A stretch of DNA of 37,203 bases from IMG/VR virus record IMGVR_UViG_3300008120_000124, one strand, 5' to 3'. The notes beneath the pieces were generated by a model. The model made no database searches. It was given only the letters and a program-made list of their open reading frames with translations, and had not been told where the DNA came from. Of this stretch, positions 19,408 through 27,543 are shown one piece after another. The number at the start of each line of letters is the position of its first letter. Positions within the stretch are counted from its first letter, which is position 1. The stretch is from an uncultured virus (IMG/VR IMGVR_UViG_3300008120_000124) (taxonomy: Duplodnaviria; Heunggongvirae; Uroviricota; Caudoviricetes). The position numbers and the translations under genes are program-made.

Positions 19408-19591
19408 TGATAGTGCGCTTAAACCTTACGTTATTAAACTCCGTAGGTTCTACTTTTGTTTCTGGTTTAGTGTTAAAGATATTAGATTGAGGGAAAAGAT
19501 GAGCCGCTTTGTTTAACACCACGGGCTCCAGATAGTGCTTAAACAACGAACCTGCGATCGTTGATAAGAGGACAAAAAAGATAGCTTCCAT
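19346..19591 (-). CDS. Small membrane-anchored hypothetical protein
   Basis: ATG ORF with an N-terminal hydrophobic segment. Confidence 0.6.
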   Translation of the reverse strand: MEAIFFVLLSTIAGSLFKHYLEPVVLNKAAHLFPQSNIFNTKPETKVEPTEFNNVRFKRTINGYTTIYVSSPTRTDTTYVR

Positions 19592-19603
19592 ATTTTAGTA
19601 TGG

Positions 19604-19630
19604 ATAAAGGGGGGATTTCTCCCCCCACTA
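19604..19630 (-). terminator. Intergenic hairpin, terminator-like
   Basis: Minus strand reads GGGGGGA GAAA TCCCCCC TTTAT. Confidence 0.6.
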
Positions 19631-19636
19631 TCAGTA

Positions 19637-20242
19637 TTAGATATTTAAATGTATGTGGTCTCCGCTAGCATTAGGGTTAAAGAATACATACTCAGAAGCA
19701 ACCTCATCGTAAAGATAACGACGTACTTTTTTGCTCCCGGGTTTGCCTTCTATATAGAAAGTTACCTCATGCTCTTTTAGCCAAGACCTACCTTCTTCGG
19801 ATAGTAAGAAGGCAATAACAGTCTCATCCCACGCTAAGTCAATTGCTTTACCGTGGTAATGTTGACTTTTACAATTCGAGTGCCTTCTCACAGAATTTAC
19901 TTTAGCTACTGGGCCCTTTCAATCAGAAAGAGCGATAGCGAACTCAGAAGATATGTTAGTATCCACTGGAGTATAAAGTAAAAACCCAAAGAAATTGCCC
20001 TCGGTACACAGACCTGTTCTCTTAGACTTCCACCGTTTGTTTTGATAGGGGTGGGTTTCTCTAAGGTTGTTAAGCTCAAACCGCATAGAATCTATGGTTA
20101 TGGCCATAGAATCAGTACGCGATTTTATTTCAAGAAAGTCCTTTTTTAGATCGTTGTTTTTGTGAAACAAGCCTAAGGTAAGAACTAACCCGATAATAGT
20201 TGAGATTACCATAAAGGCCTTGTATAGTCGATTATTTTCCAA
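19637..20242 (-). CDS. Membrane-anchored peptidase M15-like (Zn) peptidoglycan endopeptidase, one TGA=Trp
   Basis: ORFs 19919..20242 and 19637..19891 are in frame across a single TGA (ALSD[W]KGPVAKVNSVRR). It has SQHYHGKAID and HIH zinc motifs and an N-terminal TM helix. Confidence 0.8.
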
Positions 20243-20300
20243 AATTTATACATTTAATGTAACAATACCCCTCTTCTAAGATCGGGGCTAAGCAGCCTAT

Positions 20301-20612
20301 TTAGTATAGCATCTTTAATGCTTTATCTAAATTCCTTAGTTCGGCTTTTCTCAGATCGAGATTATAGTGATCTATTGCATCAAATGGTTCATAGAACACA
20401 TCTGGATTCTCAACTAATGGTCCGTCTTCTGAGATTATTCTACCTTTGAAAACACGAGCATTCTTATAAAACAGGGATTTCCCCATTTTGTTTGCGGTCC
20501 ATTTAAGACCGTCAACAGTATAACTCACATTTAAAGGCAAAAGATCTTTTTTACGTCGCAAGACTCACACTCGGTCGCGAACGTAAACAGCTATTGATTT
20601 ATTAATTTCCAT
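20301..20612 (-). CDS. Hypothetical protein, one TGA=Trp
   Basis: ATG at 20612, just after the upstream TAA, gives MEINKSIAVYVRDRV[TGA 20565]VLRRKKDL... Confidence 0.7.
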
Positions 20613-20614
20613 TA

Positions 20615-21175
20615 TTATAAAATGGGCACCGATACCAATACTTCGTCCTCCGGCGGTGCCTCCTTTGGAAGAAGGGACTCGGCAAGGCTGATGAGACTCT
20701 CGTCAATTTGATAATCAACAAGGCCAGCAGCTCTTTTGCCAAAGAATTTCGTCTCGTAAATATCCACGTCATTGCGGTGCATAAAGGATAGACCGTCAGA
20801 ACCGCAAAGCAGATTACCTCCACAAACTTCTGCAAAGGTAAGGAAAGCTGAGTAACCTAAGCCAATAATTGGCACTTTTTTGTTTACCCAGTAATGCAAA
20901 CTGTTTAACCGGAAGGACTCTATACCCTGATCTTGAGGCGGAATGCCTGGAGCGGGAGTTTTGAAGTAACTCACGTTGGTATTGATGCCACCGGTATCTG
21001 GTATTATTAGCACGCAATTCGGATGATACGTTCGTGTCTCTGTTTCCAGAAGTTGAACTTGCCAACCATAACGCAAAAACAACATTCTTATTTTGTAGAC
21101 GTGCTCTGCGAGGTGGAATCCGTATGGGTTTGCGATGAATGCTTTTTGTGCATTCTTTTTAGAAGGAGAAAACAT
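20615..21175 (-). CDS. Class I glutamine amidotransferase-like fold, apparently lacking the catalytic Cys
   Basis: LIIPDTGGIN...VPIIGLGYSAFL...GGNL resembles the PxxGICRG...GGxL pattern of peptidase C26/GATase. Confidence 0.5.
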   Translation of the reverse strand: MFSPSKKNAQKAFIANPYGFHLAEHVYKIRMLFLRYGWQVQLLETETRTYHPNCVLIIPDTGGINTNVSYFKTPAPGIPPQDQGIESFRLNSLHYWVNKKVPIIGLGYSAFLTFAEVCGGNLLCGSDGLSFMHRNDVDIYETKFFGKRAAGLVDYQIDESLISLAESLLPKEAPPEDEVLVSVPIL

Positions 21176-21447
21176 CGTTTGATTCCACGTTTGTAAGCAT
21201 CTTGCCTAGTTCCGTCAGTTTGGATGAGGTGTAAGATACTTGGTTTGTAGAAAGTGAATTTGTACCTAGGAGTATTTTTCCTATAATACAACTCTTCTTC
21301 TATCGCTATTCCCAGTTTGCTGGTTAGGAACAGTTCGATTTCGACGTACGTCTTCCCAACTCCATTCCGGAACGGGAAGGCCTCCGCCCTGGCGTTGTTT
21401 AATGAATCGACTCCTAACTTCAGAAGCGTTTTTTCGTTTATTTCCAT
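21088..21447 (-). CDS. Hypothetical protein
   Basis: Part of ORF 21088..21534, with a probable start at MEINEK (21447). Confidence 0.55.
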   Translation of the reverse strand: MEINEKTLLKLGVDSLNNARAEAFPFRNGVGKTYVEIELFLTSKLGIAIEEELYYRKNTPRYKFTFYKPSILHLIQTDGTRQDAYKRGIKRCFLLLKRMHKKHSSQTHTDSTSQSTSTK

Positions 21448-21727
21448 AGGTTTGGGAAAGTTTATACCGGAGGTATTGATCCCCCCAGATAATTGCTTCC
21501 AGAACAGCAGAATCCACGTCTTGAATAGTGTCATCTTGAACGACTCTTTGTTTTACTTTGTCGGTGATGTGTTTTCGTTTTTTGAAAATGTCACGCTTCT
21601 TCGTTTGTTTTCTGGAGCAATTTTTATTGTTATTAAATTCAATATTATAGTCCTCTAACTCAAGTTCTATCTCAGCGCGAAATTTTTCCCAAGAAGAAGA
21701 TGTACTTGTGAACCAGTACTGCATCAT
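21281..21727 (-). CDS. Hypothetical protein
   Basis: ATGA overlap with the upstream gene and a long 3' overlap with the downstream gene. Confidence 0.55.
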   Translation of the reverse strand: MMQYWFTSTSSSWEKFRAEIELELEDYNIEFNNNKNCSRKQTKKRDIFKKRKHITDKVKQRVVQDDTIQDVDSAVLEAIIWGDQYLRYKLSQTYGNKRKNASEVRSRFIKQRQGGGLPVPEWSWEDVRRNRTVPNQQTGNSDRRRVVL

Positions 21728-22140
21728 TGAAATGTGATTTTTTCGCCTCTTTTAAGCGGAAGTTTGTTGGAAATACTTGACGGTGGGATGGTGATGCCTA
21801 AGTCTTTAGAGACTCTTTTAGCGATCTTTTCTTTGGTATCGCCAGGCTCAATTTTGTATTCCTTCTTAGCGATAGGATTTCCACAGCTGGTGGTGAGTGT
21901 GTAGCTGCGCACGGAGTCTTGTTTGACATAGAGCTGGATGCTCATCGTGTATTCTTTGCAGCTTTTACCGTCAATACTTGGAGGAGAGATTGTGAAATTG
22001 CGGCTCGCAGGTTGGGGAGCGACTTGAACGGAATCCAGTGGTACTGGGGCAAACGACGCTATGTCGTATTCTTTTCCGTCATCGCTACAGGACAATATGC
22101 TCACTGAGCAAAGCAGTAAAATACTCTTTTTTAGACACAT
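21724..22140 (-). CDS. Lipoprotein with C-terminal LysM-like motif
   Basis: MCLKKSILLLCSVSILSC (signal peptide plus lipobox). YKIEPGDTKEKIA...LKRGEKI resembles LysM. Confidence 0.6.
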   Translation of the reverse strand: MCLKKSILLLCSVSILSCSDDGKEYDIASFAPVPLDSVQVAPQPASRNFTISPPSIDGKSCKEYTMSIQLYVKQDSVRSYTLTTSCGNPIAKKEYKIEPGDTKEKIAKRVSKDLGITIPPSSISNKLPLKRGEKITFQ

Positions 22141-22618
22141 CTGCTTGAGTTGTTGGGAGACGGTGTCTCCACAGTTCAATGATTGTTTCTTTTCTTTCTC
22201 TAGCCGCTCTTTTAACGGGATTGAATTTACCGTGTGTCATTGAGCGGATGTCTTCAGTGCAAAAGATTGCAAAGGCTTCTGTTCTAGAAAATCTTTGCCA
22301 CTTAATCGCGTTAAGATATTGAGAAATACTCATGGGCTTTACCTCTTTATTTGTATCCGGATCGAAAACATCAAGAGGTATCACTGTATTTTTATTGAGG
22401 GATATATTGGCTTTAATGTAAATAAATAACGTCTCTAGAGCAGTGAGCTCTATACCAGAGACATAGTACGGACGCGCTTCAGTAGATTCAATGCGAATAG
22501 CTGGTACTATTGTCTCGTTTATCTCGTGACCATAGTCTAACATTGCGTCCGTTACGCCAACTATTCGCTTTATTCGTTTTTCACCACTACTTGAAGGGTG
22601 ATGGATGGTTATTTCCAT
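22085..22618 (-). CDS. Hypothetical protein
   Basis: 177-aa ATG ORF in the operon. Confidence 0.7.
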   Translation of the reverse strand: MEITIHHPSSSGEKRIKRIVGVTDAMLDYGHEINETIVPAIRIESTEARPYYVSGIELTALETLFIYIKANISLNKNTVIPLDVFDPDTNKEVKPMSISQYLNAIKWQRFSRTEAFAIFCTEDIRSMTHGKFNPVKRAARERKETIIELWRHRLPTTQADVSKKEYFTALLSEHIVL

Positions 22619-23268
22619 TTTACCGATTGAAAGTTTTTGTAGGGGAGGCTCATTGCGGTACCGTCTTCAAATACGAGTACTACAACTAAATCTTCACCGG
22701 GATTCACTAGAACGCTTTCATGACAAGCATCTTTGTAGATTAAATACCCTATTTTAGCTTTTCCCTTAATCACTTTACCTTTAATAGAATCTAAGTAGTC
22801 TCGTAAAGTTCTTCTATCCCATTTTTCTGATTTAAAAGATCTAGATGTTCTTTCAGGACCACTTATGGCTTCTAGTCTAAATGAACCCGTATTAATAAAG
22901 TCGGAGTCTAAGATTAGTCTACACTTCTGACCAGTAACTCTATGTATACACAAATTATTATCACTTAAAGCTTCTATAAAACCTGAATGAGAAAACTTTA
23001 GCATACTTGGATGTAAATAACTCTCAAAGCCATAAGGACCGATGCGAAGGGGTTGAATGCTGAAAGGAATTTCTATTTTCTCACCATTACTATCAACTGC
23101 CGTTACGCTTTGTAAATGCATGTTATAAGAAACTATTGTAAGTTCGCCTACTACAAGATCTACTTCTTTATCATAGGTTACACTTGAGCCTTTAAAATGT
23201 CGGGTTTTCGTAACTACGCCATCACCACCGATAATGACTGAGTTTCCGACTCGTATCAGTCTTTTCAT
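22609..23268 (-). CDS. Hypothetical protein
   Basis: 219-aa ATG ORF with an AT-rich leader. Confidence 0.75.
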   Translation of the reverse strand: MKRLIRVGNSVIIGGDGVVTKTRHFKGSSVTYDKEVDLVVGELTIVSYNMHLQSVTAVDSNGEKIEIPFSIQPLRIGPYGFESYLHPSMLKFSHSGFIEALSDNNLCIHRVTGQKCRLILDSDFINTGSFRLEAISGPERTSRSFKSEKWDRRTLRDYLDSIKGKVIKGKAKIGYLIYKDACHESVLVNPGEDLVVVLVFEDGTAMSLPYKNFQSVKWK

Positions 23269-23330
23269 AATTTAAAAGTTAGAGGGGCATCTTTTACGAC
23301 ACCCCTCTTGGTTTGGAGAAATACAGGTTT

Positions 23331-24616
23331 CTACAGTATTGTTTCTGTCAACTTCTTTGCCCGGCCAAATGCTGCGATTGTAGCGATCGTCATGCCTTCT
23401 GAATACACAAAAGGAGCCCAGACTTTATCCGGGTAGGTTCCCTTGAAGTATTCATACAGCGATTTGGCTTCTTCTTCCTTCGTGAAGGGCAGGGTCTGGA
23501 TGATTTCTTCTATCCTTCCCACTCGAGTAAAGCTTTCGTCGAAGTCTTCAGGAACATTGTTGGTACAAAATACCATTGACACCCTCTCCATCTGATCGGA
23601 GCCGCTCAGGAAGTTCTTGAGTATTGCCATCACTTCTGTGGACAGAGGGTAGAACTCATCCACAAAGATAACCAGCGACTTTTCTGAGGCTGTGAGCATC
23701 TCTACAGATTTGAGAAATCCACTTGTCTTGAGGTGCTGCAGATCGCTGCCGGAAAGAAGCGCTACACATACTCCTTGAGACGAACATTCATGCATGGATT
23801 GTAGCTTCTTGCCTCTCGACCAACCAACTTACCTTGATACGCCAGCTTGAGGAATTCCGGTGGAATTGTGTTTATCTTTTGCGTAGAAGCGGTTAAACCT
23901 CCGTAGTCGTTCAGGCGAAAAGGATTCATGACGTTGTTCGCCTTAGGCCTTTGCAGAGTGATCTTAGTGAGATTGTTCGTGAGAGACCTGGTTTGCGAGA
24001 GCAGATCAAATTGGCAATCAGCGTCGCATTCTTTCTTCGCGTAGTAAAGCACGGATGTTACTATCGGAAGGGTATCATCCAGCATATACGGCATATACTC
24101 TGTCTCCAGATTAGCCACATAAGCTTTCGACGCGTAATTTATTCCGATACGTAGATAAAACTCCTCCACCCGTTCGTTGATGACTTTGTAGAGCAGGACA
24201 TACCAGAACGAATTGTTGTCGTAAGAGGTGGGATCACCATCGACACGATACACGTACTGGATTTCATACTCAAACTCTCGGTACTTGTCCAAAAGCTGTA
24301 GCAACGGAACACTCGTGACATATTTACTCAGATCAATACTGGTAAACATTTCTTGATTTCCGTTAGAGAGCCCTCTGATAGCATCTGGAATTTCCTTCAT
24401 CTTGCTGGCAGAATTAGAAATCGAATCAATGATACCAGCGATTGTCGGTAATTGCCGATTGATGTTGGAGGCGACTTTCTGGACATTGTCCTTGATTTCC
24501 TCCATTACCGCTTGATTTTGTTGAATCACGTCATCTTCCCTCATGTAGTTTTTGTAGCCTACATAGAAAAGTCCGATGAGCGGGGCTGCGAATAGCAGTA
24601 AGAACAGTAATAACAT
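23331..24616 (-). pseudogene. Membrane-anchored AAA+ ATPase-like gene split into two overlapping frames and lacking Walker A
   Basis: 23331..23795 has Walker B (LVIFVDE), sensor 1 (FCTNN) and an Arg finger (FTRVGRI). 23762..24616 has an N-terminal TM helix. I saw no GxxGxGK(S/T) in either ORF. Confidence 0.5.
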
Positions 24617-24647
24617 TTTTGAGTTGTTTTAAGTTTTAAAAAACCAA

Positions 24648-24779
24648 GAGGCGGCCTTGTGGAGTGGGTACCTCACACCTGACTACTTAGGGTACTAGAT
24701 TCCACAGGAAGAGGTATGACCCCAACCAAGAAACCATTCCCCCCTTCGCGCGGGCTTCAGAAGGCTCCTAGACCGCCCC
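24648..24779 (-). ncRNA. Candidate ~130-nt multibranch structured RNA
   Basis: GC-rich intergenic island. The terminal helix GGGGCGGUC/GGCCGCCUC has G-U pairs only on the minus strand. Inner helices are CCUUC/GAAGG, UGUGGA/UCCACA and GUACC/GGUAC, and a U-tract follows. Confidence 0.6.
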
Positions 24780-24825
24780 AAGGAAAATTCCCAATTAGCA
24801 CAAAGTATCGAGATAGTGGGAATTT

Positions 24826-25425
24826 CTACCAAGATACCGATTTTTTTAACTTCTCCATGTGAAAGCGCACTCTTTGTGTGTACTCCTCATCTTCGGCATA
24901 CCTAGAGTTAGGGCCAAAAGGTAAGTTGTTTAGTAACCACAAATACTGCTCTTCCGTTTCGATCGTCAAACCTCGTTTTGAGGCAAGATGCAGAATACAA
25001 CGTTGATAAGCGCCGTAATCTAATATTGACTCTTTCACATCACTGTAAGCAGCATGACCGTTTTTTTCTTTAAGCGCATAACCTCTTTGGGAGACTTTCA
25101 TACCAAAACAGTTTTTATTCTGCTTAAATATGTTGCTATTAAAGTTGTCAGTCTCATGAACTGCTTGTGCCAGTACTACCCACTTGAACTTTATGTTCGC
25201 GTCGTCAATCGCGTTTTTTACCTTTTGGAGCGTTATCGGCTCTAGAGGTTTGTCGACGCTTAGTGAGTCTTTCGATTTCTCTGGTGAGTACACCAATGTC
25301 TCGCTTCTGCTTACCACTCTCCCTAATAAGTTCTTTACTAGCTGCGACACTAGCTCGAACTCTTTTTCGGGTAGGAGAAGGATTACGAGAAAACTGAATA
25401 CCACCAGTTTCAGTGCGTATTGCAT
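24826..25425 (-). CDS. Membrane-anchored glucosaminidase (GH73-like) peptidoglycan hydrolase
   Basis: N-terminal hydrophobic segment with VLAQAVHET, NCFGMK and YAEDEEY motifs. Confidence 0.8.
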   Translation of the reverse strand: MQYALKLVVFSFLVILLLPEKEFELVSQLVKNLLGRVVSRSETLVYSPEKSKDSLSVDKPLEPITLQKVKNAIDDANIKFKWVVLAQAVHETDNFNSNIFKQNKNCFGMKVSQRGYALKEKNGHAAYSDVKESILDYGAYQRCILHLASKRGLTIETEEQYLWLLNNLPFGPNSRYAEDEEYTQRVRFHMEKLKKSVSW

Positions 25426-25765
25426 CCTTGATTCTTTTTGCGACGTCTGATATGCCGCGTTGAATTCTCATAAGAGCGAGTCCATAAGTATGCATCTCTT
25501 CATAAAAGAGTCTGCATATTATTATGATACTGCCCGAACGTCTGCCGTCGTACTTATTCAGGTCAAATCGAAGCAAGTCTGTTGGGTAATGACAGAATAG
25601 TTTGATATTCTGCCTCAAATCCGCCTCTAGCTTGACTTTTTGCTGCGAATTCAGGGCGGATAATTGCGCTTTGTTCAACCTGATTTCCAGAGAAATTTCT
25701 ATTCTCGACGGGAAGAGTTCAATCAACATCATTCCGCCTTTAACGGGTGTGTATGATCTGATCAT
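25205..25765 (-). CDS. Hypothetical protein
   Basis: ATGA-coupled start and a 221-nt 3' overlap with the next gene. Confidence 0.55.
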   Translation of the reverse strand: MIRSYTPVKGGMMLIELFPSRIEISLEIRLNKAQLSALNSQQKVKLEADLRQNIKLFCHYPTDLLRFDLNKYDGRRSGSIIIICRLFYEEMHTYGLALMRIQRGISDVAKRIKDAIRTETGGIQFSRNPSPTRKRVRASVAASKELIRESGKQKRDIGVLTREIERLTKRRQTSRADNAPKGKKRD

Positions 25766-26418
25766 AACCTGATTTCATTTACCCCGAACAGATCTTCGAG
25801 TTGGTTGGCGATAAAGTAGTTGAAGCCATTCTCCATCCTCGGAAGTATGATAGCTCTGTTTGTACCCTGCCCATAGGAGACATCTTTCACTTCAGAATCG
25901 TGCGTGTCTTTGAGTTTCTGGATAAGGTCGGCCATCCTGAGAGGGATTGGAGCGCTTCTGGGATTCATCAGTTTTCCTCTTTCGTCAATAACCAGACGTA
26001 CTTTCTGGCTCTCGATGAGAACGTACAGCATATTCTCTTTTCCGCCAGACGAAATAGGTACACCAGCCAGGTATGCTCTGGGATGGACCTGTATATCATT
26101 GGCGAAAATGAACTGCCCGTCTTTGTTCTGGGTTATTTGACCCGTGAGACAGATGTTCTCGTGTATGGTAAAATTGGGGTATTCGGACATTTCTTCTTTT
26201 ATCGCGCTTGCTTGCTGACCGATGACAATTCTTTGGATCTGGTCAAGAAATACATTCGCAAACTCCGGGCGTTCTATTGGGCGCTTCTCAGGCACAAGCT
26301 TTAGTTTCGCTTGAGGAACCTGATTTTTTGATAGCGTCAAAAGAGCCGCACTGGGTACGTAATACTTTTGACCGTTTATCATTACCGGTGGATATTCGAT
26401 AGAAGGAAGGTGAACCAT
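25762..26418 (-). CDS. Hypothetical protein
   Basis: 218-aa ATG ORF. Confidence 0.75.
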   Translation of the reverse strand: MVHLPSIEYPPVMINGQKYYVPSAALLTLSKNQVPQAKLKLVPEKRPIERPEFANVFLDQIQRIVIGQQASAIKEEMSEYPNFTIHENICLTGQITQNKDGQFIFANDIQVHPRAYLAGVPISSGGKENMLYVLIESQKVRLVIDERGKLMNPRSAPIPLRMADLIQKLKDTHDSEVKDVSYGQGTNRAIILPRMENGFNYFIANQLEDLFGVNEIRL

Positions 26419-26499
26419 GGTGTTAGAAAATTGTGGGGGAGAGTTTCCCCTCCCCCTAGTTAGAAAATTGTTTAGGAACTTGCCGGACTTGGGCTGAAG

Positions 26500-27543
26500 T
26501 TACAGCTGAGTGGTCTCAGCGATTTCAGCATCCACTGTTGTTTCACGAGGATCAACGGTCATTGCTTGAAGAGCGTTGACGGTGGCTTCGAGAAGGTCGT
26601 TTTTCAAGTTATCGGCTTCTGCTGCCAGATCTCTTGCTGCAGTACTGATCTTGCCGACCTTAGTAAGAGTATCGGCAAGGGTATTTGCAGGGAAGCTGAC
26701 GTGGCCGGGAGCAACAGTTGCAGATACTTGCAGGGAATCAGCAGCAGCGTCATTCACAGGCAGCGGCATTTGTTCGATTTCCTCCACTTCGGATACGGGT
26801 ACTTCTACTTCGGTGGTTGCCGAAATGGCACCTTCTGCAATCCGATCGTTCAGGACTTCCACGACTTCAGCGGGATCAACAGGTACATCCTGCTGAACCT
26901 CCATGTTGAGGTTCAGACCCATCACGCCAATAGCGACATCGTCTTGAGACTTGGCGTTGAGCATGGTGATCACCTCATCCAGTTCTGTCTGGAGCGCAGG
27001 GAAAGTTGGTGTGCCGGTAACATTGAGTTGGACGAGCTTCTCGAGGATCTGCGCCTCTTGGACAGCGCGGATGTTGTTGCCGAAGTTCTCACCGTCACGG
27101 TTCTTCAGCGCGGTGATGATCTCCTTTTCTCGAGGAGTTTGCTCATCCTCCGGCGTAAGAATCGCCAAGACGATCTCATCAGGGGTGATAGTTGTAGTTG
27201 CGCCGAGTCCAAAGTCAGCGTCAGTCATTGTTGGGATAATGCCATTGATAAATGCCATTTCTGAAAGAAAGTTTTGGTGTGAAGAAAAGAATATTTTTCC
27301 TCCGGGTACATTGTTGTACCTTTTAGCGCACTGATTGTCCGCTAAACACATATAAACGTAATCGTACTTACATTTAAAGTGCTCGGAAAAGATGTTTGTA
27401 GCTGGGATTAGAGAAAAGAGTTTGTTTTTGGGTTTAGAATGAGTTAAAACTATTAGAGTTCCATCCCGAATTCTGAATCCGGGCCTGGGTTTATCTTCGG
27501 GATTAAATGCCCCGAAATAGGTATGTAGATCAATAATCATCAT
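26500..27543 (-). CDS. Hypothetical protein with acidic, Ala/Val-rich C-terminus
   Basis: ORF 26500..27615, with a probable start at MMIIDLH (27543) overlapping the end of the VWA gene. Confidence 0.7.
   Translation of the reverse strand: MMIIDLHTYFGAFNPEDKPRPGFRIRDGTLIVLTHSKPKNKLFSLIPATNIFSEHFKCKYDYVYMCLADNQCAKRYNNVPGGKIFFSSHQNFLSEMAFINGIIPTMTDADFGLGATTTITPDEIVLAILTPEDEQTPREKEIITALKNRDGENFGNNIRAVQEAQILEKLVQLNVTGTPTFPALQTELDEVITMLNAKSQDDVAIGVMGLNLNMEVQQDVPVDPAEVVEVLNDRIAEGAISATTEVEVPVSEVEEIEQMPLPVNDAAADSLQVSATVAPGHVSFPANTLADTLTKVGKISTAARDLAAEADNLKNDLLEATVNALQAMTVDPRETTVDAEIAETTQL

Noticed and set aside
24797..24832. Possible minus-strand Bacteroidota promoter (TTG...ATACTTTG) upstream of the 130-nt RNA
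   Set aside because: The -7 element does not match TAnnTTTG exactly and lies within an inverted repeat, so it is too weak to call.
5764..27334. Long plus-strand ORFs (5764..6450, 14218..14832, 25801..26304, 26566..27264 and others)
   Set aside because: They are antisense shadows of well-supported minus-strand genes and have no recognisable motifs.
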